Below the pieces are notes generated by a model. It made no database searches. It had not been told where the DNA came from and saw only the letters and a list, made by a program, of their open reading frames with translations. Below, in pieces: positions 48,049 through 61,500 of a DNA stretch of 64,000 bases. This DNA comes from Hamiltosporidium tvaerminnensis FI-OER-3-3 (taxonomy: Eukaryota; Fungi; Microsporidia). Position 1 is the stretch's first letter, and each line of letters opens with the position of its first letter. Where the stretch lies: assembly GCA_022605425.2 (NCBI GenBank), contig CM061247.1:620001-684000 (forward strand). The letters run 5' to 3'. Made by a program: the position numbers and the translations under genes.

Positions 48049-49473
48049 ATGATTTTTTTAATAATTTTTCTATATATACACCGAATGCATGGGAAGGAAT
48101 CAAATTTGAGGAGGGTTTCGGATAAATTTATACAGGCAAACGAAGATATAAGTATATACATGGAAACGGGAGCAGTTAAGGTTATTAGATTAGGAAAATT
48201 ATTAGGAAGAGGTGGATATGCAGAAGTATATGAAGGATATTGTATTCAGGATAAGAAAATGTATGCATTAAAGTTTTCTGGCACAGAGAATGCTTCTTAT
48301 TTGAAAAAAGAGGCTGAAATATATAAAAGAATTGGTTTACACGGATCAATAATAAGATTTCATGGATATGGAGAATATAAAGATTTTTTTGTACTACTTT
48401 TAGAACTCGGTAGTGGATCTCTTTCAAATTTTTATAAATTTCATATTCTAAACGATTACCAAATAGCGGCGATATTAAAACAACTAATAGATGTTCTTAC
48501 ATTTATACATAATAAAGGAATTATCTATAACGATTTGAAAGGCAATAATATTTTAATAAACGAGGATTTAGAAATAAAAATATTTGATTTCGGTCTTTCT
48601 TGCAATGAAAATTCACTTGTTGAATTGTTTAAGAACGATGGCAAAAAACGAGATGAAGACTATTCATATATTTCACCAGAAATAAGAAATTGCAAATTTT
48701 ATACAAATCGATCGGATTTATGGAGTTTAGGTGCACTCTTATGGACACTTTATAGCCGCGAAAATTTCCTCGGGGATCTTTATTCGGAAAATCTTTCGTT
48801 TCTTTCAGCCAATATGTTGTCACTATTGTTACAAGTAAATCCACTTTCGCGGGCTCCATGTGGTTTATTGATATTTCATGGGTTTTTTGATTATCTCTAC
48901 AATTTTTTGATAGATATAAGCAACTTACCCGATTTCTATTTAAATATTTCTGACAATATAAAATTACAGAAAATAAAAAACGAATTTATTTACGAAGAAT
49001 ATGGGACGAGTTTTCATCTTATTTTCCCTCTAAACAATTATCAAATAAGAAAAAATCTTGAAAGAAAAATTATAGCTTTTCAGCAACAAAAATACAATAA
49101 ATTTTACGAAAATACTAATTACAGTTTTATTTACTCGAAATATCTTTCATGTTTAGTTGGATTTTCTAAGGAATATTTATATTCAATCATGGATCTGGAT
49201 TATAATTCATTAAGACAAATTATGAATCTAAAAAAGATTGCTATAAATTATATGAAAGGAAATTTATACAAATATAATGTAAATTTGTCTGCAATAAAAA
49301 ACAACATAAAAATTCTTGATAAACAAAATGTTTTTCGTATTTCTAAACCACAAGAAAATTTTTCGCCAAGAAGTATTTCTCGAAATGAAAACAGTGTAGA
49401 TATGAAATCAAGAAACGAAAAAATGTTATCAAAAAGAATGAAGGCAAATACGTCCACACCCTTTTATTCCTGA
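48049..49473 (+). CDS. Ser/Thr protein kinase with signal-peptide-like N-terminus
   Basis: LGRGGYAEV, YALK, helix-C Glu (KKEAEI), IIYNDLKGNN, DFG, YISPE, DLWSLG. Confidence 0.9.
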   Translation: MIFLIIFLYIHRMHGKESNLRRVSDKFIQANEDISIYMETGAVKVIRLGKLLGRGGYAEVYEGYCIQDKKMYALKFSGTENASYLKKEAEIYKRIGLHGSIIRFHGYGEYKDFFVLLLELGSGSLSNFYKFHILNDYQIAAILKQLIDVLTFIHNKGIIYNDLKGNNILINEDLEIKIFDFGLSCNENSLVELFKNDGKKRDEDYSYISPEIRNCKFYTNRSDLWSLGALLWTLYSRENFLGDLYSENLSFLSANMLSLLLQVNPLSRAPCGLLIFHGFFDYLYNFLIDISNLPDFYLNISDNIKLQKIKNEFIYEEYGTSFHLIFPLNNYQIRKNLERKIIAFQQQKYNKFYENTNYSFIYSKYLSCLVGFSKEYLYSIMDLDYNSLRQIMNLKKIAINYMKGNLYKYNVNLSAIKNNIKILDKQNVFRISKPQENFSPRSISRNENSVDMKSRNEKMLSKRMKANTSTPFYS

Positions 49474-51180
49474 CCTTAATAGAATATATAATAAAGGTTT
49501 TCTTCAATGTAAAAATGATTTTCAATATATATGTTTTTTAATTTGCTCAAAAATGTCAAATTTTCTATATTAAAAAATTTTTATCTTTTGTTATTTTAAT
49601 ATAATATCTTACTTCAATTAAGTTTATTTTTACCATAATTAAACTAAGATAACAGTAGATACAAAGTAGAATTTTTCTCTATAGAGCCTTAAATACTAAG
49701 ATTGTATCATTCCTCAAAGTATAAAACCAATATCTCGATCAGTTTATAGATTTTAATAAAAATTAACACTTATTAATTTGCTAGTTTCATACCTATCAAG
49801 AAAAAAAAACTTAAACCACTATATAAAATCAAAATCAGCTAAAAAAAGAGCCAAATAATTTTTCTACATCGCACATTCAAAAAATACCGAATTAAGACAA
49901 AAGATTATTAATTTATATCTAGAGGATAAATATAATAAGGATATATGTAAATCAATACAAACTTTTACGCATTCACTAACAATTTCCAAGCATCTAAAAG
50001 TCTTCATACGTAGATATAGAATATTTATACCAAAAATATCATTAAAATAATTAAGTAAGTAAAAATTTTTTATTCTTAATATATCAATTTCTCATCTTTA
50101 AAAAATTACTTGATATTTAGTCTGAAACCCTCAGAAAAATACGTTTAAATAATATCTAATACCAAAATAAGAAATGATATGATTTTCGGGATAACCTTAT
50201 TCTAGTTATTTTAGATAAGAAATTAAATATACTATCAATATCATTATAAATTTTCGATCATATAATAATTCACTTCAAATCATTAATATAAGAGGCATAT
50301 TATATGTAAGATCTTATTGTATCAAAATGTTTTTTTTAACAGATAGAATCACAATAATTTTGTGATTAAAATCTTTTTATATGTGAAATCAAAATATAAA
50401 TATAATAAAGCAATAAAATTTCGAAATAAATATATTTTCATTAATAAAAATTAGGAAAACTTTCTTAACAAATTCTATATTTATAGGTGCATCAGAATAA
50501 TTATCCACTGCCTAAGATGATTAAAAATTCCAATAAAGTACCTCATAAAGATAAAAGATTCAAATAAATTCTATTAACACCGCAAACAAACGAATATGTG
50601 TTTAACATGAAAAAATACTAAAATATTTAGCCTTAAAAAGCGAATAGAATAATCGAAAGCTAAAGAACATTTTGAAGTACAAAAGAGAGAAATAAATGGA
50701 AATAAAACTGATAATCAAAACTTAAAAACCATTTTAAATGTAAAAGCGAAAGCAATGAAATAATTATACATTTGTAAAAAACTTTTAACACTTTATTTAC
50801 TAAATGAAATTAATACATTTTTTAGCCTTCCAAATATCCGAAGAAATAACTATAAATAAATTCCGCAAATACTTAATAATTCTAGTTAATTCTGCAGTAT
50901 TATATACAATATAAATCAGTTTTTCCTTTTATTATTTCTTGGTATTTATATTCAAATTATATGTGATACCTAAAAAGAATGGGTTGTACATTTTATGTCA
51001 ATTATTTTTGAAATAAATAACAAAAATCATTTAGAAATTACTTTGATTCTTTTCATACACTAATAATAAAACATTGAATTTTTGGACTAAAAATTATTGT
51101 TTTAAAATACAACCTAATTCCTCAAAAGAAAGTGAAATATGCAGTTAAAATTTATACCCTTAAAAAATACAGTGATTATA

Positions 51181-51866
51181 TGGTAGAGAGAAGATATCTA
51201 AATCAAAAACAATCTACTGCCAATCATTAGCGAACTTAGTGATAAAACAATTTGTTTATGTTCAATGAAATTAAAAAAAAACTACCTTTTCGGTTGTTTC
51301 AAAGGAGATCGTATAGAATGAAGAAATGCTACAAAAATGTGAAACTTTTTAAGAAATGTTTTTTTATGTAACTAGATCGGAAAAAAGGCAGGAATTGTAG
51401 GTAATTACCATGTAAAAGCATATAACACTCGACTTACTCACACATGTTAAAAGACTTAGCGTCTGTGAGCTTCAGAAACGACATATTCTTTAAAAAGCCA
51501 GAAATTCTAAGTAGCTGGTTATATCTGTCGGTATGGTTTTTAACGGCTTTATAACCCCTGTGTAAATTTTCAAGATAGATTTTAGTTGGTAGTTAATTTT
51601 GTTCGGACTTTAGAGAAGTAAGAAGGCTATTTATCTTAAAGAACTCTCAAGGTGAAGTTAGATTTGCGATAGCACAGGGCAACAAATATTCAATAAATTC
51701 CGGAAATTATCGACTCATTCCATTGGTTCTACATACTTTTTGGAAATAATGCTCCATAATACGTGATTCTTAAAGGATATTAATGGAGTACCAAGAGAGC
51801 AGTTATCTATGTTAAACCTAGAACAGTGTTAATGTCATCAAAACGATGTAAAATTTACTACTTCTT
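51181..51866 (+). mobile_element. ~690-bp dispersed element, copy G (diverged)
   Basis: tggtagagag start, cggttgtttc, gtaactagatcg, ccatgtaaaagcat, aagacttagcgtctg, ctaagtagctggttatatctgtcggtatg, gagcagttatctatgttaaacctagaac. Confidence 0.8.
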
Positions 51867-52130
51867 ATAATGATGGGATATTAATAAATTTTTTTTAGAT
51901 ATTCATACAACAAAATCTTGTTTATATTTTTTTATAATTTAATGGGTTTAAATTATTTTAAAAATGTAATTTTTTCGATCATACTATTTACCAAACGAGC
52001 AATTTAATTACAAATTTCAAATAATTTACTAATTTTTGACTGGAAAGACATTATTTAATTTAAAAATAAATTTCTTTTTATAGTAAATTTTAATAAAAAA
52101 AGAAATAAATGTGAAAAACTTTACTCTTGC

Positions 52131-53668
52131 ATGAATATTTTTATAATATTGTTGTTTAGAAAAATTTTATCTAGCCGAATTTCTAAGGAAGGTAATAAAA
52201 TTGGGTTTACAAAAGATGAAGTAAAACAAAGACCTGTAGATCGTTCAAGTGCTAGTGACAATAACATAAAGAGATATTTACATATTATTGTGACCAACAA
52301 AAATCAAAATTTAATCGATGATACTTCTCTTGCTATTCCGTTCGTTAAAAAATTTTTAGAAGCACATTTAAAGAAAATAATATCTTTAATAGAAGAGTGC
52401 ATAGAAGAATCTATTGAAAGACAGAAGATACAGAGAGTAAATGATGGTAATTTAATTAATTAGAAAACCATTTATAAATCGATATGTAGTATCTATAGTG
52501 AAATTTTAAGGGAAAAATACATTAATTTTTGCAGCGAACAGAAATGTTTGAATAACAAGGAAATTTAATTTTTAAAGGAATTCAGTTTGAAAATAAAAAT
52601 TACTAATGAATTGATTGTGCAAGAACTTAATTTTAAAAAATGTAAGGAAGTAGTATATGAAAAAAGATTGAATACTTTGGAAGAAAATTGCCATTATACG
52701 AAGTACTTTTAAAGATAAAGTGTTAATGAAATCTATAACTGAAAGAATTTTTCATACTTTTTTAGTGGGTTTAGATAATTTGAACTCTGTTTTTCCTCAA
52801 TTATCAATTTATGATTCAAAAATAAATGAAAATTTTTTAACTGAGGAAATTAGAAACAACGAATTTTTGAAATTAATAAAATATGTTTACCAAATAAATA
52901 AGTGGGAGTGCTCTAAATACTATGATAATGCTGTTCTTAGTAAAGAAAATTTAATCGTGAGATGGGGTTGTTTTAACATGCTTTTAATTGCTCTCTGCAA
53001 TAAATATACACCTGAAAATCCAAATAATATTTCCTACAGGAAAGAAGTTGGATTTTTTGTTGATTTAAATGACTATCATGGTCCAGTTTTATTTAAAGCA
53101 GATGATAATTGTATTTTTTCAGAGGGTTTAATAACCGCTTACACAGAAACTTATAGGGTGTTATTAAGGGCAAATTCGGATCGAGATTTTTATATTTCAT
53201 TTTATTTAGAAATACAAAACTGGCTTTTTGTATTTATAGAAGATATTTTTCCGAAATTAGGACTAGAAACTTTTTTTTACACATTAACACTATGCTTTCC
53301 TATATGTGAAACCGAATAAAAGGAAAAAAATCAATGAAATTTTCAACCAAAAAAACGAATTTAAGCCATTTTGTGATGAAATAAAAACATTTTTGACCAT
53401 TTTAAAGAAAAATTTATATACACCAACACGTGTATGTTTATATATTTATAAAGTTGATGAAATAATTTTTAAAGAATTCTTTGTGTCATTTCTTGAAAAA
53501 AATAAATTTGAAATTGAGATTTCTAAAGAGGAAGATAAAAGTGAAATTTTTACAGAAATGAAAACCAATCTTTTATTTCTATTTTCATATTTCTTTGAAA
53601 CAACAATGAATGAGTGTTTTAAAGAAGAAGGTTTTCTTAAAGAGAGAATAATTATTTGGGGAGATTAA
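52131..53668 (+). pseudogene. Fragmented putative secreted protein gene
   Basis: Signal-like MNIFIILLFRKILSS. The frame continues past stops at 52463 and ~52568, then frameshifts near 52670 and 53310 into ORFs 52720-53319 and 53306-53668. Confidence 0.65.
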
Positions 53669-56600
53669 AACAATTTATTTCCTTTTTAGAATTTTCTAAG
53701 TTTTTGATACTTTTATATTATTTTTTTTGTGTAAATTGAAAATTAAATGGCTTTTTTTATTAAAGCTAACCCCAAATGTAATCACAAAATATTTTTGAAT
53801 AAACTCTTTACAAATTTTTGGCGAGTAGTATCATGCAAGATGGTGTTAAACATTTAAAAACAAAAAATAATATACTCTTTATTTCTGAGGAAGAAACCGC
53901 ATTAGATGAACTGAAAATAAACATAAATACCGATTCGGGTTTAGAAAAAGAAAAGATTGAGTGTAAAAGAGGCAGAATAAAATATTTAAAGGTATGAAAA
54001 TGGGTTTTCTCGGAAATTTAGTAAAAAAATAAACGAATTTATGGCAAAGTAATTATCAATTAAAAAGATTTTAAATATTTATATTTACAACCTCAAGTTT
54101 AAATTTTTTTCTTCCTAATGCTTTATTTTTGTAGCTATAAAGTATATTTTGAATCGCTAAAATCATATCAATGTTATATTCTTGAATAAATATAATAATT
54201 TTTCATCAAGATATTACAAGGTATATTGCGAACTTAAGTAAAAATAAATCTAAAAGTCGCATAAATCGGTAAAATATAAAAAGATATGTTGTAAAAAAAT
54301 GCTGATATAGTATATAAAAGCTTAATTGCGATTTATAATAATAACAAAAATACATTTTTGAACCATTTACCTCTCATATTGGATATACGCTCTAGAAATC
54401 TACAACCAAACTGAGCAACGAACAAGGCACCGGATTTTCGGATTACCACAATAGCCTCGCTTAATACACAACCTTTTTCTTTGATTAAAGTCTCAGTATT
54501 TAAAGCCTCACATGCAATCATAAACATTGTATTCCAGCCAAGGAAGATAAAAAAATCAGCTAGTAATACAACAGAATATACCCGTTCAGTAACAGCCGAC
54601 TTGCATGAATGACCACAAGTTGTTTTTATGAGTAACAATGGTTATAAATAACTGCGAAGAAATGCTAGGTATATACTTAAAAGTTCTATAGAAGAAATTA
54701 CATTGGAACAAAACTCTAGATAATAAGAAGTTAACAAAAAAAATTAGGTTTTACGCAAAATTACTAAAGCGCTTACCAATAAACCACTTTTGTCGAAATA
54801 TCACAGTACATAACATTAAGGGATAAGCATAAGTAAAAAAAGAAATTTTGCGATAAAAAATTGTAAAACATTGTTTTTCAACCTAGAATTTTTACTGTAA
54901 TGATACATAAAAAATTTGAAAGCTTAGCAAATAAACAACAAATAATTTGGATCTTTGTGATTAACTAGAGCAAATGAGGCAAAACAGAATATTATACAAA
55001 CCGTGCTCGTATTCTACATAAAAACACATGTAAAAATGGTCTTGAATTACTTGAAAAAAACAAGAGATTAATTTTTATCTTCTACTTTCTACAGATTTAC
55101 TTGCAAAAATACATAGGCTGATGGAACTTACAACATCTGAAGGAAAAGCTTTATAAAACAATCCGAAAAAACCATTTTTATGAAAGTTTTGCTTTGAAGT
55201 ATTATAAATCATTATATGTTTCTATTAAAAAAAAACTTAAAATCCGGAAACTAGGAAATTAGGAAGTAGCTCCGTAAGGAAAATTAGAGTAACTAATACC
55301 AGGGTGGATTGCGTCACGGGTATTCGGATGTGGTAAATTTAATAGGTAGTAAAACGGGAGGAAATGTAGATTCTCAGTCTACAATGCAGAAGAAAAAAAT
55401 ATAAATACCTTACTGATGACTTTCTTATACCATTTAAAAATATACTTTTCAGGCTATATTTTCTTCGGTTTATGAGCTCATAAATATCGTAGTTAGCATT
55501 TTCGCAACAAAGCGAGTTAAATTGATAATGTTTTTAGTTTTTCATCAACTAACTAACGACTCTTCATAAATCTTTATAAGTTTTTAAAATTTATATGTTT
55601 AAATGTACTATTCAACGCAATGATTTTCAGCACATTAAGTATTTATCCGAACTGAATAATCAAAGATGCTTTAACCCCTGGTCAATCTGTTACATGATAA
55701 TTTCTATATATTAAGACTAATTGCAAAAATTGTCTTCTTTGAATTTAAAGCTTTAATTACACGCTCAAAATCTATTTTTGGTCATAATCGAAATCTTATT
55801 AAAACACAAGCTAGGTACTCTCATGCTTTCGATGAAAGGTATAAAATACAAAAGTCAGATTCGAAACTGTCATAGAATATTATAACATATTTGATTTATA
55901 TATTGATAAAATAATTTATAATTCTTCTTTTTGTTTTATTCGTAAATTTTTAACCATAAAGATCATCGAAACATTTATCAAGCCTAAATTAATCACGAAA
56001 GATTATTCCAAAAATTAGATAGCGCAAAAGATGGTTTTTCTAATTTTCTTTTTGTGTCATGTAAATATACCTTTTGAACCACAAATTCAAACAAAACTAC
56101 AAAAAGATTGTCATATATACAGAAGTATTTTCTCAAAAAGCAACGTTTTTCTAAAACAAATTTAAGCATCTTGACGCGGTGAGGTTACTTTAGTTTAATG
56201 ACAGATGAAGTACAACCTTTCTTGTCGAAACGGAGATTTAAGATTCACAAGATGGAATCTGTAACGAATTGTACGTGTTTTAGAGAACTAACTACCCTAT
56301 AAGTTGGATGTGCTAAAGCTGCTTCGAAATAATATATGAATTTAAAATATGCAAAAAAACAATCGTTCTATTTAACGCAAAGCGGGCTTTTAGTAAGTGT
56401 TAAAAAAACTTTGGCAAATAAAATTAAACCCGAGAAATTCATCATAGGCAGGTGATGGAAATACAATATCTTTATTAACCATTATATAGAATATTCGCAC
56501 TAGACTTGCTGATTAAGGTAAATTAGATGATTTTGTGCATATTTTTTTATTAAAAACAAGATACATCCGAAACCAAAATTTATGACATGTCTTTATCTAC

Positions 56601-57642
56601 CCATATCTATACTTTAAAAGAGCTTCTATGTTTTTGAATTAAAAATAAACTAAATGTCATTTCAAAATTTTAAATATTAGACGAGAAAAAAGAATGAAGC
56701 AAGTAACTCTTACTCTTACGTGGAGAATGATAATAAAGTCTTTCTTGTATGAATAAAAGATTTTATTCTTGATTTAAAAATATAGTCTATAAAAATATAC
56801 ATAGGGTGAAATAAGTAAAAAGACACAACAAACAGTTATATTACACAAGAAACTTTCACCCAAATATATTATTATAGTAAAAAAAAGAGGTTTGTATTTG
56901 TGATTTTTAGATTTCCTAAAAAAAATAAAGGCAGGCGACGTGACGAATATGTGTTTTTACCATTTATGATATAATGTATTAATTAGGAGGATTCACGAAT
57001 ATGTCAAAAAACGCAATGCACCTGACTAAGAAATATAATAATTGTGAATTGAATTATATAAGATTATTATATACTATTACTTTTGATAATAGTTTAAATT
57101 GGTTTGACCTTTATATTTACATTACCAAACGAAATAAAATTTCAGTTTTTAAACCGAATAAAGAGTCTCTTTTTATAAAGTATACTTGCGAATGCATATT
57201 TATAAACAAGATTAGGATTAGTATAACAGCCGAAGTCATAAATATGGTTTTTTGAATCGGTTAATTTATAGGGATCAAAATAATATAACAAGACCACCTT
57301 AGATCAGATTTCTTGATAATATTCACTTCCTTATATAAGTGGAAAATCTCAAAAAGTTCCATCTTTCTTAGAGATGTACCGAGTCTTTTGCATACAAATG
57401 AGTTGAAGTAAACTTTTGGTTCATAAACAAATTTTTTTTGATAAGATACAATAGAGTATATCTAAAGACTGTGCTAATAGTTCGAATAGCTTTTAAACTA
57501 AGTCGTATAGTATTTAATGATATGTAGAATCGAGCTATGTTGAAAGGAAAAGAGCAATAAGATAAATTTAATACTTACGCGTGCAAAAAATCGCAATGAA
57601 TATAATTAAGAAATATAGTTCTAATCGACAACATATTAAGGT

Positions 57643-58523
57643 ATCAGATGGTATATGTCAATACTGCATCAAGTCTAGTAAAACTGTAGATCATCTAGCA
57701 ACTCGATGTGAAAAAATTCTAGGCCATGACTATACCAGACTGCACAATGAAGTGGTTAGATGCTTACACTTATTTTCTAATTTAATCGGGTTAAGTCTTC
57801 AAAACAGATTCAAAGTCACACAGTGCAAGAAATTCTTGAAAAAGAGCATGCAGAGATAAGAGTGGATACCAGGATAAAAACTGATGTTAAGATCCGGAAT
57901 AATAGATCTGATATTTTAATTTTTGATAAGAAGAAGAATAAGATAACATTCATTGAATTAGAAATCACTTTCCAGGATTCATTCAAATAGTAAACTGAAA
58001 AACTTAGATTATATGATCTGCTGTCAATGAGCTAGGTTTTATTTTAGTATAGTGTGTAAACAATTCCATGTGTAGTATTAGGGATGATATTGTGACAAAA
58101 TACCATAAGCCAAGCCTAAAAAGACCGCAAATACCCCATAATGTAGAGGCATACATTCAGTCGATAGTACTTAAGAAGACGGTCGAAACAATTTCCTTTG
58201 ACCGAAGAAGAGTACTTGAGTCAGGACTAAATGCCGAAGAGCGCTGGGAGACAGCGTCGATGGGTGTTATTATGAGAGCAAAGATGCATGAGGAACCAAC
58301 ACCCCCTTTAAAAGAGGCGAAGAGAGAGGAAGATGGTGCAAAAAATTTAAAACCAAAGAATAATACATCTCTTATTTCACAAGGAGAAACCACGTTAGAG
58401 GAACCGACCAATAACATAAATGAAGAGTCGGATTTCGTATAAATGACGGCGAGGGTAAAGGAGGTAGAAGAAAACATGTAAAAAATGGTAAAAATGTTTT
58501 AACCCAGAATTTTATTAAATAAA
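57643..58523 (+). mobile_element. 5'-truncated, frameshifted copy of the R4/Dong-like retrotransposon
   Basis: CQYCIKSSKTVDHLATRC, YTRLHNEVVRCLHL, NVEAYIQSIVLKKTVETISFDRRR, and the same 3' end (aacccagaattttattaaataaa) as the copy at 36926. Confidence 0.92.
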
Positions 58524-59384
58524 ATAGACATTATTGTTTTTTTAAATATACATCAACAAGAAAAAAAGTATTTGAAACCTAACAAAAAATACGAAATTCG
58601 AAATTTGAACATAAAGAAGTGCTAACTATAAGTCTATTTTAAACAAACAAGACTTTGCCTATAAAAACAATCGTGAATTAAGCTAAATTCGAACATAATT
58701 AAAAATAAATTTAGTATCTCAATCCTGTCAAAATGAAATTTTTTTAGATATTAAATCAAATTTAATAAAAATTAAACAAAATTCCCTGAAATGAAAATAA
58801 AAAAGCAAAAAAATACTTTACTTAATCTTTTAATTGGCTATGGAACTCTAGTTTTTTCATCAGATCACGACTTTTTTTATACATGGAAACAAGATAATGG
58901 CACTCTTTCAGTTATAGATTTACGGGAAAACGATCTTAATCGAAATCCAGATGTTTTTCTCAGACCTATTTATGAACAAAATCATCAATTGAATCCAGGG
59001 CCAAGTACATCTTCAGATAAATTTCTAAATGATTATTTTTCTCAACACTACCAGGCAAAACCTGTACAAAGTTGTGGAAATGGATTATTTCATAGTCACG
59101 AAGAAAACCCGCCAGATTATTTAAATTCGGATCAAGAATTATCAGATGATATCTTCGAAACCAATACCAGGTTAGAACCTGATCACAATTCCGGTAATTT
59201 TCGATCTTTGAATCAAAATACATCTTGTAGGAATACACCCCTTATAATGACAACAGCCCGTGATAATTCTTTTCCATTGCAACAACGGCATTCTTCTGTT
59301 AGACAAAATAATCAAGAAATATACGATTGTGAAGATGAAGACGATAATATAAAATTGGCATGTGCTGATTTTGTGTTAGATAAC

Positions 59385-59885
59385 ACAAATGATACAAATG
59401 ACCAAAATGATCCAAATAACCTAAATGACTCTAAATAACCCAAATGACTTACATGACTTGCATGACTTACACGACTTATATGACTTACACGACTTATATG
59501 ACTTACACGACTTAAATCACTTAAATCACTTAAATGACTTACACGACTTATATGACTTATATGACCTAAATGACTTACATGAATTAAACGACTTACATGA
59601 ATTAAATGACTTAAAAGACCTAAAAAAATCAAACAATCCAAATAACTATAATAACCAGAATGACATGAATGACTTTAAGAACCCAAATGATTTAAATAAC
59701 TTAAACGAACTGACTGATCCAAATAACTTAAAAAACCTAAATGACTTAGATAGCCTAAATGTCATGAATAACCTAAACGACACGAATAACCTGAATGCCT
59801 TAAATGACTTAAATGACTTAAATGATGCAACTGACTTAATTAACACAACGTACTCAAACACTCCAAACACACCTAATACTCCAAA
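59385..59885 (+). repeat. 9-bp coding minisatellite (gacttacat/gacttatat/gacttaaat)
   Basis: Encodes (D-L-H/Y/N)n and (N-N/D-L)n; the core is at 59443-59615. Confidence 0.9.
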
Positions 59886-61131
59886 TAAATTGATTGATTT
59901 TCTTAACAATTTCGAGATTAAAAACATGATATCTGATATAGAATCTGTTGGCAATGAATCGTGTGTTGATTCAACGCAAAAAATATTTGAAATTGATTTT
60001 TCTGAAAATTATGAAGAACGATTGAATGATATGTTAGCAAAGGCAAAGAAATATGCCGCGACAGCTGATAATTTAGAACATTTATCACGATTTAAGAAGA
60101 AAGAAATTTTACAATTTATTCATAGTCGATATAAAAATTATTTTCAAGAATACTCGATGACGCGATTCAAAAACTCAAATATTACGGTCTTAAAGAGGTT
60201 GAAACATATGCAAACTAAATACAATATTATACTTGAACACTTAAATATATTCGAGAAAATGAGTTTGAATGATAGAAAAAAATATATCTCTAATAGTATT
60301 TCAAGTATTACAGAAAAACTTCATTTGAATATGAAAGTGAAAATCGGAGGAAAATCCATATTATACATTAAACATGTCATTTTTATCATAGAAAAAAATC
60401 TAAAAAATATATTCATGAAAGAAGAAATATTTAATTCAAATAGTGTAGCTCCTACTAGAAAATCTGCATATACCATTACGAATTTAGAACTCATGATTTT
60501 TGATAAAATAATGGGTTTTAAAAAAAACGATATTAATATTTCTTACATAATAGATTCATGTAATTTTTTTGTTGAATACGAAAGAATTCTACATGAGAAA
60601 ATGAAAATAACTATATTATATGAAGATTTACTTCTATTAAAAATAAAAGAAGAGCTATCTAAACTTAAAGAATGTGTCAAAAAAAATATATTTTATGAAA
60701 TATCCAAATTTATAGAGCTCTATGAACAAAATCTTGAATTTCATATAAAAAAGAGACATTTTTATTCGACAATTTTTCTTTTAAGTGCGTTGGTCATAAA
60801 GTTTGACAACATAAACAAAATGGAATCAACCAGTAGCTCCGAAGAGAATATTAATGCGAGTTCAAGTGATATAATTGCTCTTGATGTTTTTTTAATCGGA
60901 GCGATTTTTGAAAAATTGTTGAGAAATTTAAACAATCACGATATGAAAGCAAATTGTTATGGTATGCTCAATACATGTCGATTATTTTTAAATTTCATTA
61001 ATTATAGAAATAAAAAACGAACGTTACTTTTTTTACAAATACCATGTTTCATAGCAATGGTAATAGATGAAGCCTTTGAATTTAATGAAATTCAATTCAA
61101 AGAATTTCTTGCGTTAAATCATTTCTTATGA
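59425..61131 (+). CDS. Hypothetical protein, largest open segment of the split gene (His/Asn-Asp-Leu repeats then a helical domain)
   Basis: 568-codon open frame in very AT-rich DNA; no family recognised. Confidence 0.55.
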   Translation: MTLNNPNDLHDLHDLHDLYDLHDLYDLHDLNHLNHLNDLHDLYDLYDLNDLHELNDLHELNDLKDLKKSNNPNNYNNQNDMNDFKNPNDLNNLNELTDPNNLKNLNDLDSLNVMNNLNDTNNLNALNDLNDLNDATDLINTTYSNTPNTPNTPNKLIDFLNNFEIKNMISDIESVGNESCVDSTQKIFEIDFSENYEERLNDMLAKAKKYAATADNLEHLSRFKKKEILQFIHSRYKNYFQEYSMTRFKNSNITVLKRLKHMQTKYNIILEHLNIFEKMSLNDRKKYISNSISSITEKLHLNMKVKIGGKSILYIKHVIFIIEKNLKNIFMKEEIFNSNSVAPTRKSAYTITNLELMIFDKIMGFKKNDINISYIIDSCNFFVEYERILHEKMKITILYEDLLLLKIKEELSKLKECVKKNIFYEISKFIELYEQNLEFHIKKRHFYSTIFLLSALVIKFDNINKMESTSSSEENINASSSDIIALDVFLIGAIFEKLLRNLNNHDMKANCYGMLNTCRLFLNFINYRNKKRTLLFLQIPCFIAMVIDEAFEFNEIQFKEFLALNHFL

Positions 61132-61500
61132 AAGAAACAAGTTATGCCAATCATGATTTTCTAAATGATAAGATTCAATATTTTTGGGAAATAAATGCTT
61201 CAGTAATTGATAATATAATAATCCATAACCTATTTATTGTAGGAAAAGCTAAAATAATATCTAAAAAAAATTCAAGGCTAGATATACTTGCCAAAAATCT
61301 TCGAGATTTTCTTAATAGTTCAGTTTCTTCTGAGAAAAATATGCCGTTTAAATGTTTACAATTGAAAAAATTATATGTCTCGCAGTTATATTGGATGTTA
61401 ATATTGAAAGAAAGATGTATTTTATATCAAATAGAAGATTCAACCAGCTATCGTTTTTTTCCAAGGTATGAAAAGAAAATCAATGAATTATTTTTATGAT

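Larger units (their letters stand above)
58791..61499 (+). pseudogene. ~900-codon putative secreted protein with tripeptide repeats, split by two apparent 1-bp frameshifts
   Basis: ORFs 58791-59438, 59425-61131 and 61128-61499 overlap end to start. An extra T in gactctaaataac (~59430) breaks the N-D-L repeat register. N-terminal hydrophobic stretch LLNLLIGYGTLVFS. Confidence 0.7.

Noticed and set aside
54333-56500. Slightly GC-richer patches and ORF 54333-54638 as a DNA transposon remnant
   Set aside because: No transposase motif, TIR or second copy could be identified by eye.
57620-57642. TSD for the LINE copy at 57643-58523 (aatcgaca vs aatagaca)
   Set aside because: Short, mismatched and not flush with the 5' junction.
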